A DNA stretch of 63,816 bases, the filler included, from Nemertoderma westbladi (taxonomy: Eukaryota; Animalia; Xenacoelomorpha): assembly GCA_032718475.1 (NCBI GenBank). It is 3 parts of 3 records of this genome, joined end to end, with 100 filler letters (N's around TTAATTAATTAA, not from the genome) between each part and the next. Parts side by side here need not be neighbours in the genome. Positions count along the whole stretch, not along the records: positions 31,243 to 51,677 come from JAUCBJ010001706.1; positions 51,778 to 63,816 come from JAUCBJ010008944.1; 1 more part is not named here. The stretch is one strand, 5' to 3'. Numbering within the stretch: the first letter of the stretch is position 1; the number at the start of each line of letters is the position of its first letter. Below are positions 40,039 to 52,834 of this stretch, one piece after another. Position numbers and translations under genes: made by a program. The notes under the pieces are model-generated. The model made no database searches and was not told the origin of the DNA. It was given only the letters and a program-made list of their open reading frames with translations.

Positions 40039-43000
40039 TGCAAAGTAGTTGGAGCGTTAGGCCCTAGGTCGAACGTTGCAAAGTATTGCGTTGGAGCGTT
40101 AGGCCCTATAGGTCGAACGTTGCAAAGTATTCGGTTGGAGAGTTAGGCCCTATAGTTCGAACGTTGCAAAGTATTACGTTGGAGCGTTAGACCCTATAGG
40201 TCGAACGTTGCAAAGTATTGCGTTGGAGCGTTAGGCCCTATAGGTCGAACGTTGTAAAGTATTGCGTTGGAGCGTTAGGCCCTATAGGTCGAACGTTGCA
40301 AAGTATTGCGTTGGAGCGTTAGGCCCTATAGGTCGAACGTTGCAAAGTATTGCGTTGGAGCGTTAGGCCCTATAGGTCGAACGTTGCAAAGTATTGCGTT
40401 GGAGCGTTAGGCCCTATAGGTCGAACGTTGCAAAGTATTGCGTTGGAGCGTTAGGCCCTATAGGTCGAACGTTGCAAAGTATTGCGTTGGAGCGTTAGGC
40501 CCTATAGGTCGAACGTTGCAAAGTATTGCGTTGGAGCGTTAGGCCCTATAGGTCGAACGTTGCAAAGTATTACGTTGGAGCGTTAGGCCCTATAGGTCGA
40601 ACGTTGCAAAGTATTACGTTGGAGCGTTAGGCCCTATAGGTCGAACGTTGCAAAGTATTGCGTTGGAGCGTTAGGCCCTATAGGTCGAACGTTGCAAAGT
40701 ATTACGTTGGAGCGTTAGGCCCTATAGGTCGAACGTTGCACAGTATTGCGTTGGAGCGTTAGGCCCTATAGGTCGAACGTTGCAAAGTATTACGTTGGAG
40801 CGTTAGGCCCTATAGGTCGAACGTTGCACAGTATTGCGTTGGAGCGTTAGGCCCTATAGGTCGAACGTTGCAAAGTATTGCGTTGGAGCGTTAGACCCTA
40901 TAGGTCGAACGTTGCAAAGTATTACGTTGGAGCGTTACGCCCTATAGGTCGAACGTTGCAAAGTATTGCGTTGGAGCGTTAGGCCCTATAGGTCGAACGT
41001 TGCAAAGTATTACGTTGGAGCGTTAGGCCCTATAGGTCGAACGTTGCAAAGTATTGCGTTGGAGCGTTAGGCCCTATAGGTCGAACGTTGCAAAGTATTG
41101 CGTTGGAGCGTTAGGCCCTATAGGTCGAACGTTGCAAAGTATTGCGTTGGAGCGTTAGGCCCTATAGGTCGAACGTTGCAAAGTATTGCGTTGGAGCGTT
41201 AGGCCCTACAGGTCGAACGTTGCAAAGTATTACGTTGGAGCGTTAGGCCCTATAGGTCGAACGTTGCAAAGTATTGCGTTGGAGCGTTAGGCCCTATAGG
41301 TCGAACGTTGCAAAGTATTACGTTGGAGCGTTAGGCCCTATAGTTCGAACGTTGCAAAGTATTACGTTGGAGCGTTAGGCCCTATAGGTCGAACGTTGCA
41401 CAGTATTGCGTTGGAGCGTTAGGCCCTATAGGTCGAACGTTGCAAAGTATTGCGTTGGAGCGTTAGGCCCTATAGGTCGAACGTTGCAAAGTATTCGGTT
41501 GGAGCGTTAGGCCCGGTAGGTCGAACGTTGCAAAGTATTACGTTGGAGCGTTAGGCCCTATAGGTCGAACGTTGCAAAGTATTACGTTGGAGCGTTAGGC
41601 CCTATAGGTCGAACGTTGCAAAGTATTACGTTGGAGCGTTAGGCCCTATAGGTCGAACGTTGCAAAGTATTGCGTTGGAGCGTTAGGCCCTATAGGTCGA
41701 AAGTTGAAAGTATTACGTTTGGAGCGTTAGGCCCTATAGGTCGGAAGTTGAAAGTATTACGTTGGAGCGTTAGGCCCTATAGGTCGAACGTTGCAAAGTA
41801 TTGCGTTGGAGCGTTAGGCCCTATAGGTCGAACGTTGCAAAGTATTGCGTTGGAGCGTTAGGCCCTATAGGTCGAACGTTGCAAAGTATTGCGTTGGAGC
41901 GTTAGGCCCTATAGGTCGAACGTTGCAAAGTATTACGTTGGAGCGTTAGGCCCTATAGGTCGAACGTTGCAAAGTATTGCGTTGGAGCGTTAGGCCCTAT
42001 AGGTCGAACGTTGCAAAGTATTGCGTTGGAGCGTTAGGCCCTATAGGTCGAACGTTGCAAAGTATTGCGTTGGAGCGTTAGGCCCTATAGGTCGAACGTT
42101 GCAAAGTATTACGTTGGAGCGTTAGGCCCTATAGGTCGAACGTTGCACAGTATTGCGTTGGAGCGTTAGACCCTATAGGTCGAACGTTGCAAAGTATTAC
42201 GTTGGAGCGTTAGGCCCTATAGGTCGAACGTTGCAAAGTATTACGTTGGAGCGTTAGGCCCTATAGGTCGAACGTTGCACAGTATTGCGTTGGAGCGTTA
42301 GGCCCTATAGGTCGAACGTTGCAAAGTATTACGTTGGAGCGTTAGGCCCTATAGGTCGAACGTTGCACAGTATTGCGTTGGAGCGTTAGGCCCTATAGGT
42401 CGAACGTTGCAAAGTATTGCGTTGGAGCGTTAGGCCCTATAGGTCGAACGTTGCAAAGTATTGCGTTGGAGCGTTAGGCCCTATAGGTCGAACGTTGCAA
42501 AGTATTACGTTTGGAGCGTTAGGCCCTATAGGTCGAACGTTGCAAAGTATTGCGTTGGAGCGTTAGGCCCTATAGGTCGAACGTTGCAAAGTATTACGTT
42601 TGGAGCGTTAGGCCCTATAGGTCGAACGTTGCAAAGTATTGCGTTGGAGCGTTAGGCCCTATAGGTCGAACGTTGCAAAGTATTACGTTTGGAGCGTTAG
42701 GCCCTATAGGTCGAACGTTGCAAAGTATTGCGTTGGAGCGTTAGACCCTATAGGTCGAACGTTGCAAAGTATTACGTTTGGAGCGTTAGGCCCTATAGGT
42801 CGAACGTTGCAAAGTATTGCGTTGGAGCGTTAGGCCCTATAGGTCGAACGTTGCACAGTATTGCGTTGGAGCGTTAGGCCCTATAGGTCGAACGTTGCAA
42901 AGTATTACGTTTGGAGCGTTAGGCCCTATAGGTCGAACGTTGCAAAGTATTGCGTTGGAGCGTTAGGCCCTATAGGTCGAACGTTGCAAAGTATTGCGTT

Positions 43001-46000
43001 GGAGCGTTAGGCCCTATAGGTCGAACGTTGCAAAGTATTACGTTTGGAGCGTTAGGCCCTATAGGTCGAACGTTGCAAAGTATTGCGTTGGAGCGTTAGG
43101 CCCTATAGGTCGAACGTTGCAAAGTATTGCGTTGGAGCGTTAGGCCCTATAGGTCGAACGTTGCAAACTATTGCGTTGGAGCGTTAGGCCCTATAGGTCG
43201 AACGTTGCAAAGTATTGCGTTGGAGCGTTAGGCCCTATAGGTCGAACGTTGCAAAGTATTGCGTTGGAGCGTTAGGCCCTATAGGTCGAACGTTGCAAAG
43301 TATTGCGTTGGAGCGTTAGGCCCTATAGGTCGAACGTTGCAACGTATTGCGTTGGAGCGTTAGGCCCTATAGGTCGAACGTTGCAAAGTATTGCGTTGGA
43401 GCGTTAGGCCCTATAGGTCGAACGTTGCAAAGTATTGCGTTGGAGCGTTAGGCCCTATAGGTCGAACGTTGCAAAGTATTGCGTTGGAGCGTTAGGCCCT
43501 ATAGGTCGAACGTTGCAAAGTATTGCGTTGGAGCGTTAGGCCCTATAGGTCGAACGTTGCAAAGTATTGCGTTGGAGCGTTAGGCCCTATAGGTCGAACG
43601 TTGCAAAGTATTGCGTTGGAGCGTTAGGCCCTATAGGTCGAACGTTGCAAAGTATTGCGTTGGAGCGTTAGGCCCTATAGGTCGAACGTTGCAAAGTATT
43701 CGGTTGGAGCGTTAGGCCCTATAGGTCGAACGTTGCAAAGTATTACGTTGGAGCGTTAGGCCCTATAGGTCGAACGTTGCACAGTATTGCGTTGGAGCGT
43801 TAGGCCCTATAGGTCGAACGTTGCAAAGTATTGCGTTGGAGCGTTAGGCCCTATAGGTCGAACGTTGCAAAGTATTGCGTTGGAGCGTTAGGCCCTAAAG
43901 GTCGAACGTTGCAAAGTATTGCGTTGGAGCGTTAGGCCCTATAGGTCGAACGTTGCAAAGTATTACGTTGGAGCGTTAGGCCCTATAGGTCGAACGTTGC
44001 AAAGTATTGCGTTGGAGCGTTAGGCCCTATAGGTCGAACGTTGCAAAGTATTCGGTTGGAGCGCTAGGCCCTATAGGTCGAACGTTGCAAAGTATTGCGT
44101 TGGAGCGTTAGGCCCTATAGGTCGAACGTTGCAAAGTATTGCGTTGGAGCGTTAGGCCCTATAGGTCGAACGTTGCAAAGTATTGCGTTGGAGCGTTAGG
44201 CCCTATAGGTCGAACGTTGCAAAGTATTACGTTGGAGCGTTAGGCCCTATAGGTCGAACGTTGCAAAGTATTGCGTTGGAGCGTTAGGCCCTATAGGTCG
44301 AACGTTGCAAAGTATTACGTTGGAGCGTTAGGCCCTATAGGTCGAAAGTTGCAAAGTATTCGGTTGGAGCGCTAGGCCCTATAGGTCGAACGTTGCAAAG
44401 TATTGCGTTGGAGCGTTAGGCCCTATAGGTCGAACGTTGCAAAGTATTGCGTTGGAGCGTTAGGCCCTATAGGTCGAACGTTGCAAAGTATTGCGTTGGA
44501 GCGTTAGGCCCTATAGGTCGAACGTTGCAAAGTATTGCGTTGGAGCGTTAGGCCCTATAGGTCGAACGTTGCAAAGTATTACGTTGGAGCGCTAGGCCCT
44601 ATAGGTCGAACGTTGCAAAGTATTGCGTTGGAGCGTTAGGCCCTATAGGTCGAACGTTGCAAAGTATTCCGTTGGAGCGTTAGGCCCTATAGGTCGAACG
44701 TTGCAAAGTATTACGTTGGAGCGTTAGGCCCTATAGGTCGAACGTTGCAAAGTATTCGGTTGGAGCGTTAGGCCCTATAGGTCGAACGTTGCAAAGTATT
44801 GCGTTGGAGCGTTAGGCCCTATAGGTCGAACGTTGCAAAGTATTGCGTTGGAGCGTTAGGCCCTATAGGTCGAACGTTGCAAAGTATTGCGTTGGAGCGT
44901 TAGGCCCTATAGGTCGAACGTTGCAAAGTATTACGTTGGAGCGTTAGGCCCTATAGGTCGAACGTTGCAAAGTATTGCGTTGGAGCGTTAGGCCCTATAG
45001 GTCGAACGTTGCAAGGTATTGCGTTGGAGCGTTAGGCCCTATAGGTCGAACGTTGCAAAGTATTGCGTTGGAGCGTTAGGCCCTATAGGTCGAACGTTGC
45101 AAAGTATTGCGTTGGAGCGTTAGGCCCTATAGGTCGAACGTTGCAAAGTATTACGTTGGAGCGTTAGGCCCTATAGGTCGAACGTTGCAAAGTATTACGT
45201 TGGAGCGTTAGGCCCTATAGGTCGAACGTTGCAAAGTATTACTTTGGAGCGTTAGGCCCTATAGGTCGAACGTTGCAAAGTATTCGGTTGGAGCGTTAGG
45301 CCCTATAGGTCGAACGTTGCAAAGTATTCGGTTGGAGCGTTAGGCCCTATAGGTCGAACGTTGCAAAGTATTCGGTTGGAGCGTTAGACCCTATAGGTCG
45401 AACGTTGCAAAGTATTGCGTTGGAGCGTTAGGCCCTATAGGTCGAACGTTGCAAAGTATTGCGTTGGAGCGTTAGGCCCTATAGGTCGAACGTTGCAAGG
45501 TATTGCGTTGGAGCGTTAGGCCCTATAGGTCGAACGTTGCAAAGTATTGCGTTGGAGCGTTAGGCCCTATAGGTCGAACGTTGCAAAGTATTGCGTTGGA
45601 GCGTTAGGCCCTATAGGTCGAACGTTGCAAAGTATTGCGTTGGAGCGTTAGGCCCTATAGGTCGAACGTTGCAAAGTATTACGTTGGAGCGTTAGGCCCT
45701 ATAGGTCGAACGTTGCAAAGTATTGCGTTGGAGCGTTAGGCCCTATAGGTCGAACGTTGCAAAGTATTGCGTTGGAGCGTTAGGCCCTATAGGTCGAACG
45801 TTGCAAAGTATTGCGTTGGAGCGTTAGGCCCTATAGGTCGAACGTTGCAAAGTATTACGTTGGAGCGTTAGGCCCTATAGGTCGAACGTTGCAAAGTATT
45901 ACGTTGGAGCGTTAGGCCCTATAGGTCGAACGTTGCAAAGTATTCGGTTGGAGCGTTAGGCCCTATAGGTCGAACGTTGCAAATTATTACGTTGGAGCGT

Positions 46001-46338
46001 TAGGCCCTATAGGTCGAACGTTGCAAAGTATTGCGTTGGAGCGTTAGGCCCTATAGGTCGAACGTTGCAAAGTATTACGTTGGAGCGTTAGGCCCTATAG
46101 GTCGAACGTTGCAAAGTATTACTTTGGAGCGTTAGGCCCTATAGGTCGAACGTTGCAAAGTATTCGGTTGGAGCGTTAGGCCCTATAGGTCGAACGTTGC
46201 AAAGTATTACGTTGGAGCGTTAGGCCCTATAGGTCGAACGTTGCAAAGTATTACGTTGGAGCGTTAGGCCCTATAGGTCGAACGTTGCAAAGTATTGCGT
46301 TGGAGCGTTAGGCCCTATAGGTCGAACGTTGCAAAGTA
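40039..46338. repeat. 44-bp satellite GTTGGAGCGTTAGGCCCTATAGGTCGAACGTTGCAAAGTATTGC, about 143 highly homogeneous copies
   Basis: Direct inspection. Local 89-bp (44+45) dimer at ~42460-43050. Confidence 0.98.
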
Positions 46339-46756
46339 ATTAAAAACTAAACTAAACCAAAACATTTAATGAACACGCGTTGGGTATTCCCCATAGCCAT
46401 GGTAATATTAGTCAGTTAAAGTGTAACAATACGCTAACCGATTTTGTTGGAGATGTTATGCTGGGCTAAAAGGGAAAAGAGACTATCTCCCATCCCCGGG
46501 CGAGTGATTTGTCTGTTTATTTGAATAGCTGGTGATATTTTAGTAACTTTGTGACTTGAAATCTATCTCATATTTTTGAGACCCAGAAAACCCACGCTAA
46601 GTTCACCAATGATTATAAATCACCTTGATAATTTTTAATCCGGGACAGATTACACTGAAAACGAATAAGTGTTGGCCTCTGTTTGTAAGTTGACCGATAA
46701 GATAAACAATAACCCACAAATTAATAAATAATACAAATGTAGAATGTCCGGCCGAA

Positions 46757-49700
46757 CTACGTAATGTTAACCTTGTCACCCTGGAGTCTGTCTAGTCTGC
46801 GTCGACGCACAGTCTCTTCGTCACTGTCTGCTGTTGCATCCGCAATGTCTACTGCCGCGGCTATTACGTCACTCGGTGGTGTATACCCAGTAGCGCCCTT
46901 GGGTTGCCCCGGTGATGATGACGTCATGGGTTTGGAACTAGACGGCCTACTGCAGGTCGTGGAGGGTTGCGGGACCTCGGATCTGTTATGTGATTGGTCA
47001 CTGGATAGCGACGTCACGAGTGGAACCTGATCTGATTGGGTTACTGGTGCTGAACTATCTTGACGGTTCCCGTCCAATTGGCCAGAGGATACGCCATGTA
47101 CATTGGCCATGACTAGGGTATATTGCTGAAGTTGAACGCAAGCGGCATCTAACAGAGTTCGAACTCCTTCCAGACATTTGATCCGGGCCTATAAAATAAG
47201 CAGAACAGAAATAAAACCTTTTCAGCGGGAGTATATTTGATACAAGTCCTAAAATTTAGATATAGTTTGTTGTCAATTCTGAGATGGGCGACTCCAATAA
47301 TTATTTAGTCGGCCAAAATCTTTAAATCAATAGTACAGTGAATGTCTTGAGTAATTCCATAAAACGTGTGTCGGGTAGGTCAGCTCTAATCACGTCCATG
47401 TGATACAGGAATTATCTATAGTTATCTAATAGTACGCAATATCAACTCTCAGTATCAAATATTTGTAAGATGGAGGAAGTGAAGATGAAATTTTATGAAA
47501 CATTCAAACATTTATTTTTGACAAATTAATTACCTCAATGTTGGCCCTTTCGCGGCCTTCCATCAATTGCAACTGTTCGTCTGTTAGGTTACTCAAACCT
47601 CCGCTAGGGGGAGCTGGAAAAGGAATGAAAAAAGGCGGTGGCGGAATAAATGGGGGAACAAGACCCCCAGAGCCTGGGAATGGAGGGGAAGGCATGGTCC
47701 AAGGGGGGGAGGAAGCACCTGGGGGTATAAATGGGGGAAATCCGGGGGGAAATGGTGAAGCACCAGGAGGAAAGGGGGGCGCACCAGTTTGGAAAGGGGG
47801 CGCACCCTGGGGGAAGGGTGCAGCGCCGGGTGGCGAGGGGGCAGATGCACCGGGTTGGGTGCCCGGAGGACCGGGTCCTGGTGCTACAGGGGGCACCGGG
47901 GCCCTAGCAGGAGGGGGCCACGGTACCCCTGGAGGGGGGAAACCGAACACAGCCCATGGATTTGGTGGTGGTGGTGGCGGCATGTCCTAAAACAGAAAAT
48001 TTAAAGTTTTAATTCAATGAATATATAATAGGCAACAAATCGAATCAGTAAAAGGATAAATGCGCGAAATGAACCTGCATATATTAGTCTTAACACAGTT
48101 ACTCGTTTCCTTTACAAGCTCGTTGCGCTCGTCCTGTTTTATCATTTATGGATGGACATACATACACAGATAGATACATACATACCACAACGTTTAACAA
48201 AGAACTCCCGATGCTATACTTGGCAGATTTGTTATACTAAATTTTTTCATAAATTATTAAAATTAATAAACAAAACACTATATAATATATAGTAAATAAA
48301 ATAAAAATAATAATTAAAAGAAATAACAAAAATAAATATATTATATATCAAAAATATTGTCTAAAAACGATAAACCATTATCTGACTATAACAAGATAAA
48401 TTTACTTTGGAATGTCTCTGCTATGAATAGCTTTTTGAAGGTTCCATTGTGTCAGCCATGCATCAGTCACATTCCGTCAGTCATGTTTTCTCACTACAGA
48501 GTGATAGGCCTCTTACTGAAGGTTTTGGATGCCTGAAGCTAAAAATCTCATGGAATAACAACAAGAAACTGGGATTTCGGTTTAGCACATTTTAATCACT
48601 ATTCTCTAAAAAATACCATACCAAACATATGTCATCAAAAAGTGATCCTAATTACCTTCCGTCCGTCACGTTTACAAAATATCGAATATTTTTTTTATTA
48701 CAAACATTCTGCCAAGTACAGTTATTTTTTATGATAATGCACATGGGTGAACTCCACTCAAAAATATATTTGAAATTTGGCTTGCCATTAAGCCTGCAGT
48801 TAATGTATACTTATGCGGATATATTGTATTGGTGCTGTCTAGGTTTTGATTTCAATTGTGACCATTTTTCAATAATCCCAAATACTCAATACTCACTCAT
48901 AAATCTACCTGAACAGAGTCAGTGAATACGGTAAAGTTAAGTAATGAATACACGATCGGGGACGCAATGATCCACGAATTTTTAATATAACGATATAACG
49001 AATTTTTAAACTTCAATTTTACAAATAAATATATACATAAATATATACATAAATATATAAATAAATAAATATATAAATAAATAAATATATAAATAAAAAT
49101 ATAAATAAATATATAAATAAATATATATATATTTTCAAAAATCGTTAGACATACCGGACCGGTAGTTGATATATATAAAACGCTGTTGGGTAAGTATGTG
49201 ATATACATATATACCTGTTGTTGTTGCTGTGGTGGAGGAGGTGGTACAGTAGCTGGGGGCGGCGAACGGAGAATATTTAATCGGCAAGTTGGACATGTTT
49301 GTTGGCGTTGGAACCAGGAACGCAAACATGATGTATGGAAGATATGCGAACAGGGAAGCTTCTTACAACTCCCAACCTATATGAACAATTAATTAGTTAC
49401 ACTATTAGTTGCTCCAAATACTATAAACTAACTTAAAATAAAATTATAAACGATGAGGAAAGTGACCGATGCGCGCCCATCATGTAAAGAATAGCAGGTT
49501 TATACTTTTGGTCGAAATTTTATTGAAATGATAAGTATTTGTATTTTTTTCCCTCTTAAGGGGCCATGTAAATTACATAACTTAAATTAAATATATACTT
49601 TTAGGAAACTCTCTGTAGAGAATATACACAAAATTGGGCCTTTAAAATAACTACCGTAGACCTATTTATTACACAATTAGTCAAGAGACAAGGGGAGAGG

Positions 49701-50651
49701 GGCTGAGTGCGTGGATCCGCGCCAACTACCAACTACTGCCCAAATAAAGCAACTCACCACCATATCCTCTCTACATATTATGCAAATATTATCTCCCTGC
49801 GTTAATTCCTCCTCAGTTGCATCGGGGTATAAAGTATTCATATTCCTTATTGCCTGTCGCGAAAGCAGAACGTCGGTGATGGCCTTTTTAAAGGAACGCA
49901 AAGCCAGGAACAAAGGCCGTATTACGAACAGTGGGAGAGTGTGGATCTTAACCATAACGCCGACAAACATCGTGTAAATTAACACACGAATTGCCGACAT
50001 TATCAACTCGAGGAACAATAGATAAGCGGCCTTGTTGTCCCAGGGGTTGGTGCGGCGTAAATCGATACAATGCAGGAAATATTTGCCGAGGATCCAGAAA
50101 CAGCTTGTCAGCAATATCGCGTACTCGAAACCGAATACCAGTTGAACCGACGCACCCTTATTCATTGTGGTAACGTACGCGTACTTAACCAAAGCCACGT
50201 TCACAGTACCCAGAAGAGTCGTCAATGTAATGACTCGGATATGGAAAGTCCAAGATATTACGGGACTCCTCTCCATAAAGTCCACACGATCTTCCAACAA
50301 CCAATGGAAACACTTTAAAAATAAAAGTAAAGTAAACGCGGCGATAAACTTCGGACTGAAATCGTCGCGAAACACGGTGAAGGCCAGACATGTCTCAGTG
50401 ATGGCGTACCAGGAACGATCGATTAAATGTTCCAACTCGGCGGAACGCAGTTGACTGAAGAACACCCGAAGCATAACTTTACTGAACAGAATCACCAACA
50501 CGAATGTCTGGATGTAAAGAACGGCCATGCACGGGCTGGATTTACTCATATATACTACAGCCGGATAGAACTGTGGTTTGAGATAAAACGAATGAGCGAT
50601 AACAGCCACGGTAGCCACGAGGCTGGAGATGGTAACCGCAGCGTAATGCAT
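46757..50651 (-). CDS. SYVN1: E3 ubiquitin ligase synoviolin/HRD1; exons 50651-49758, 49376-49215, 47986-47534, 47188-46757; 646 aa
   Basis: GCCACCATG start at 50651. Conserved TM region ([37 protein letters not shown]), RING-H2 CIICRE...[28 protein letters not shown], Pro-rich region and [16 protein letters not shown]. All three introns are GT-AG, phase 0. Confidence 0.95.
49022..49132. repeat. AT-rich minisatellite (ATAAATATAT-like) in SYVN1 intron 2
   Basis: Direct inspection. Confidence 0.8.
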
Positions 50652-51677
50652 GGTGGCAGCCAGGATTGCAGTTTTATGTATCACAACTAATTAAGAGCCG
50701 GTAACTAACACAACTCGAGCGATATATAGTATCTTCTACAAAGCGAGCCCCAGCACATATTTAGGCTATCATTTATGTCAGATAATATAACTTTATATTA
50801 TAAGCATGGTTGGCAACCAATGGTTTTATCATCATTAGTTTTTAATGGTTTTTTGGGTATCTGGAAGACTGGTTAGGCATAGTCCCTAACTAAAAAGGTT
50901 TTTTTATGGTTTTTCATAGAATGTCAAGATAATGATATAAGATATCAGCATAAAGTTGATAGGCCTTCTTATATTTAATTCAGAAATTATTTGATTTGTA
51001 CAGTTGACAGTAGAGTAAGCAGTAAGGTAGTCAGCCAGATTGAGGTTTTGTGCAGCCAGATAAAAGCCCACTTTTCCAGCCAGTTCGTGGAAACCCCAGA
51101 CAGCCAGGGGCCAGCCAGCACCTGGCTGCTGTGGCGGCGTTAGGGGCCCCCCGAACCCATTGGGGGGGGGGGGGTCACGCAGAGGCCCCGAGCACGCCGC
51201 GGCCCCAAGCACGCCAGGGCCCCACCCCCCACATAGCCAATACTATGGGGGGGGGGGGGGGGGGAAGGGTGCACCCCCTCCCAACTGCATGGGCTTGGCG
51301 TGCCTATTTGAGAAATTTATTTGGGTATTATATTAGTTTAATTTTGGGCTTGAGTTGAGCATAATTCGATGTAAGGCAGTGTTATAGTACTATTCGCTTT
51401 GTATGCCTATAGGAAGCCTATGTGAAATCCAGATATCCCACACAAGTCCCGGGTAAGGTCCCTAATCCATAGCCAGAGAATTTGTAGTGGAAATAAAGGT
51501 GGAATCTCAGACCTGCCACCTATATTTTGGCGGTAAATTCAAGTCTGTTGTATCATTAAATGCAGGAATAGACTAAACTGCTAAGCCTAATACTGATGAT
51601 GATGTAATTGAATCAGAATACATTTCGTATCTGTTTAATGGCCCATCAGCCCATGCCATGGTGTACCGGTGTACTAG

Positions 51678-51777
51678 NNNNNNNNNNNNNNNNNNNNNNN
51701 NNNNNNNNNNNNNNNNNNNNNTTAATTAATTAANNNNNNNNNNNNNNNNNNNNNNNNNNNNNNNNNNNNNNNNNNNN
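51678..51777. other. Artificial contig linker (44 N + TTAATTAATTAA + 44 N)
   Basis: Identical to 31143-31242. Confidence 0.95.
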
Positions 51778-52834
51778 AGAATACCGGTATGATGTCAGTT
51801 CAAATTTATAGAAATAAATATAATAAACCTATTAGAGATACCGGTATATCAATTATTTAGGATAATTGAACCTCTGAAATTATAAGTCACCTAGTTACTT
51901 GAATTTACTTTGTTACCGTTATGCAAGCAGTAGTCCAACTGATATTGTGACCTACTTGTTGTATGACAGGCCTACTGATTTATAAATCTTTGGAGTTGAT
52001 TTATAATATATATATATACCCTGATAAGGGATTTGTTACAAGATTGAAATAGGTGTTACTATTTCCGGCAAAATACCACTACACAGAAGCTAAGCGCTTT
52101 CAGTGAAGTACTACTTATGGGACACTAAACAGAATAATTCTACTGGCCTACGTTACTTATTTACTAGTTACTTACTATTGGTGAGATTACAATCTCTAAT
52201 AAACACACAAAACGTTACGTACAGAAATTTTTAGGGCAATTTTACAGGGAAACTACTAACCAGTCTAACAAAGGGTTAGATCTTCTGGCTATTACAACGA
52301 ACAGGATATTACGGTATTTGAAAATAATAAGTAGAAGTAAATACTGCGTTGTCTAGATAGGAAAGTACCACCGCCTGACGACCTACAGCCGTAGCGCTAT
52401 AGGTACAACGTTATGTATCTACGGAGTGTTCCTACCTAGAAGTTAATTACCGCCGTCTACCAGAACGAGCGTGCCTATTAACCACTTTACAACACAATAA
52501 TGCCTACACTAATTACTTTCGGAAAGCACTGTACACTAAACCCTAAATTAGGTACAGGTACTTGTAAAAACAGATAACCAGTAGTTAAATATACTTGAAC
52601 AGTTAAAAGAACCACAGCATCTGCTGGAGTGACCGGGGCACTGAGTCACCAGTCTTTACCTACGCCAAGCAGCCCGTGTAGTACTGGGGTTAATTTAACT
52701 ATAACGGTATGTATAACAAACACAATTACTGTAGGAATAAACTTGGGGACATGAATGTTGCGAGTAATCGCATAAACTCTGAATAATAAATATTACGCTA
52801 CCCGTACAGAATACTCAAATAAAATACAAACCGG

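Noticed and set aside
32336-42833. Repetitive ORFs (MAVRIGRPYW..., MRWSVRPYRS...)
   Set aside because: These are translations of the 13-bp and 44-bp satellites.
40039-46338. CRISPR array (palindromic repeats of CRISPR-like size)
   Set aside because: Units are head-to-tail with no unique spacers, there are no cas genes, and the context is eukaryotic.
47538-48004. Gly-rich collagen-like ORFs on the + strand
   Set aside because: Antisense shadow of the Pro-rich SYVN1 exon 3.
50652-50684. Longer SYVN1 N-terminus from the GTG at 50684
   Set aside because: The ATG at 50651 has a perfect GCCACC Kozak context and fits the expected HRD1 start.
50904-51358. GC-rich ORFs upstream of SYVN1
   Set aside because: Low-complexity GGGGCCCC and poly-G sequence typical of a MITE remnant, with no protein motifs.
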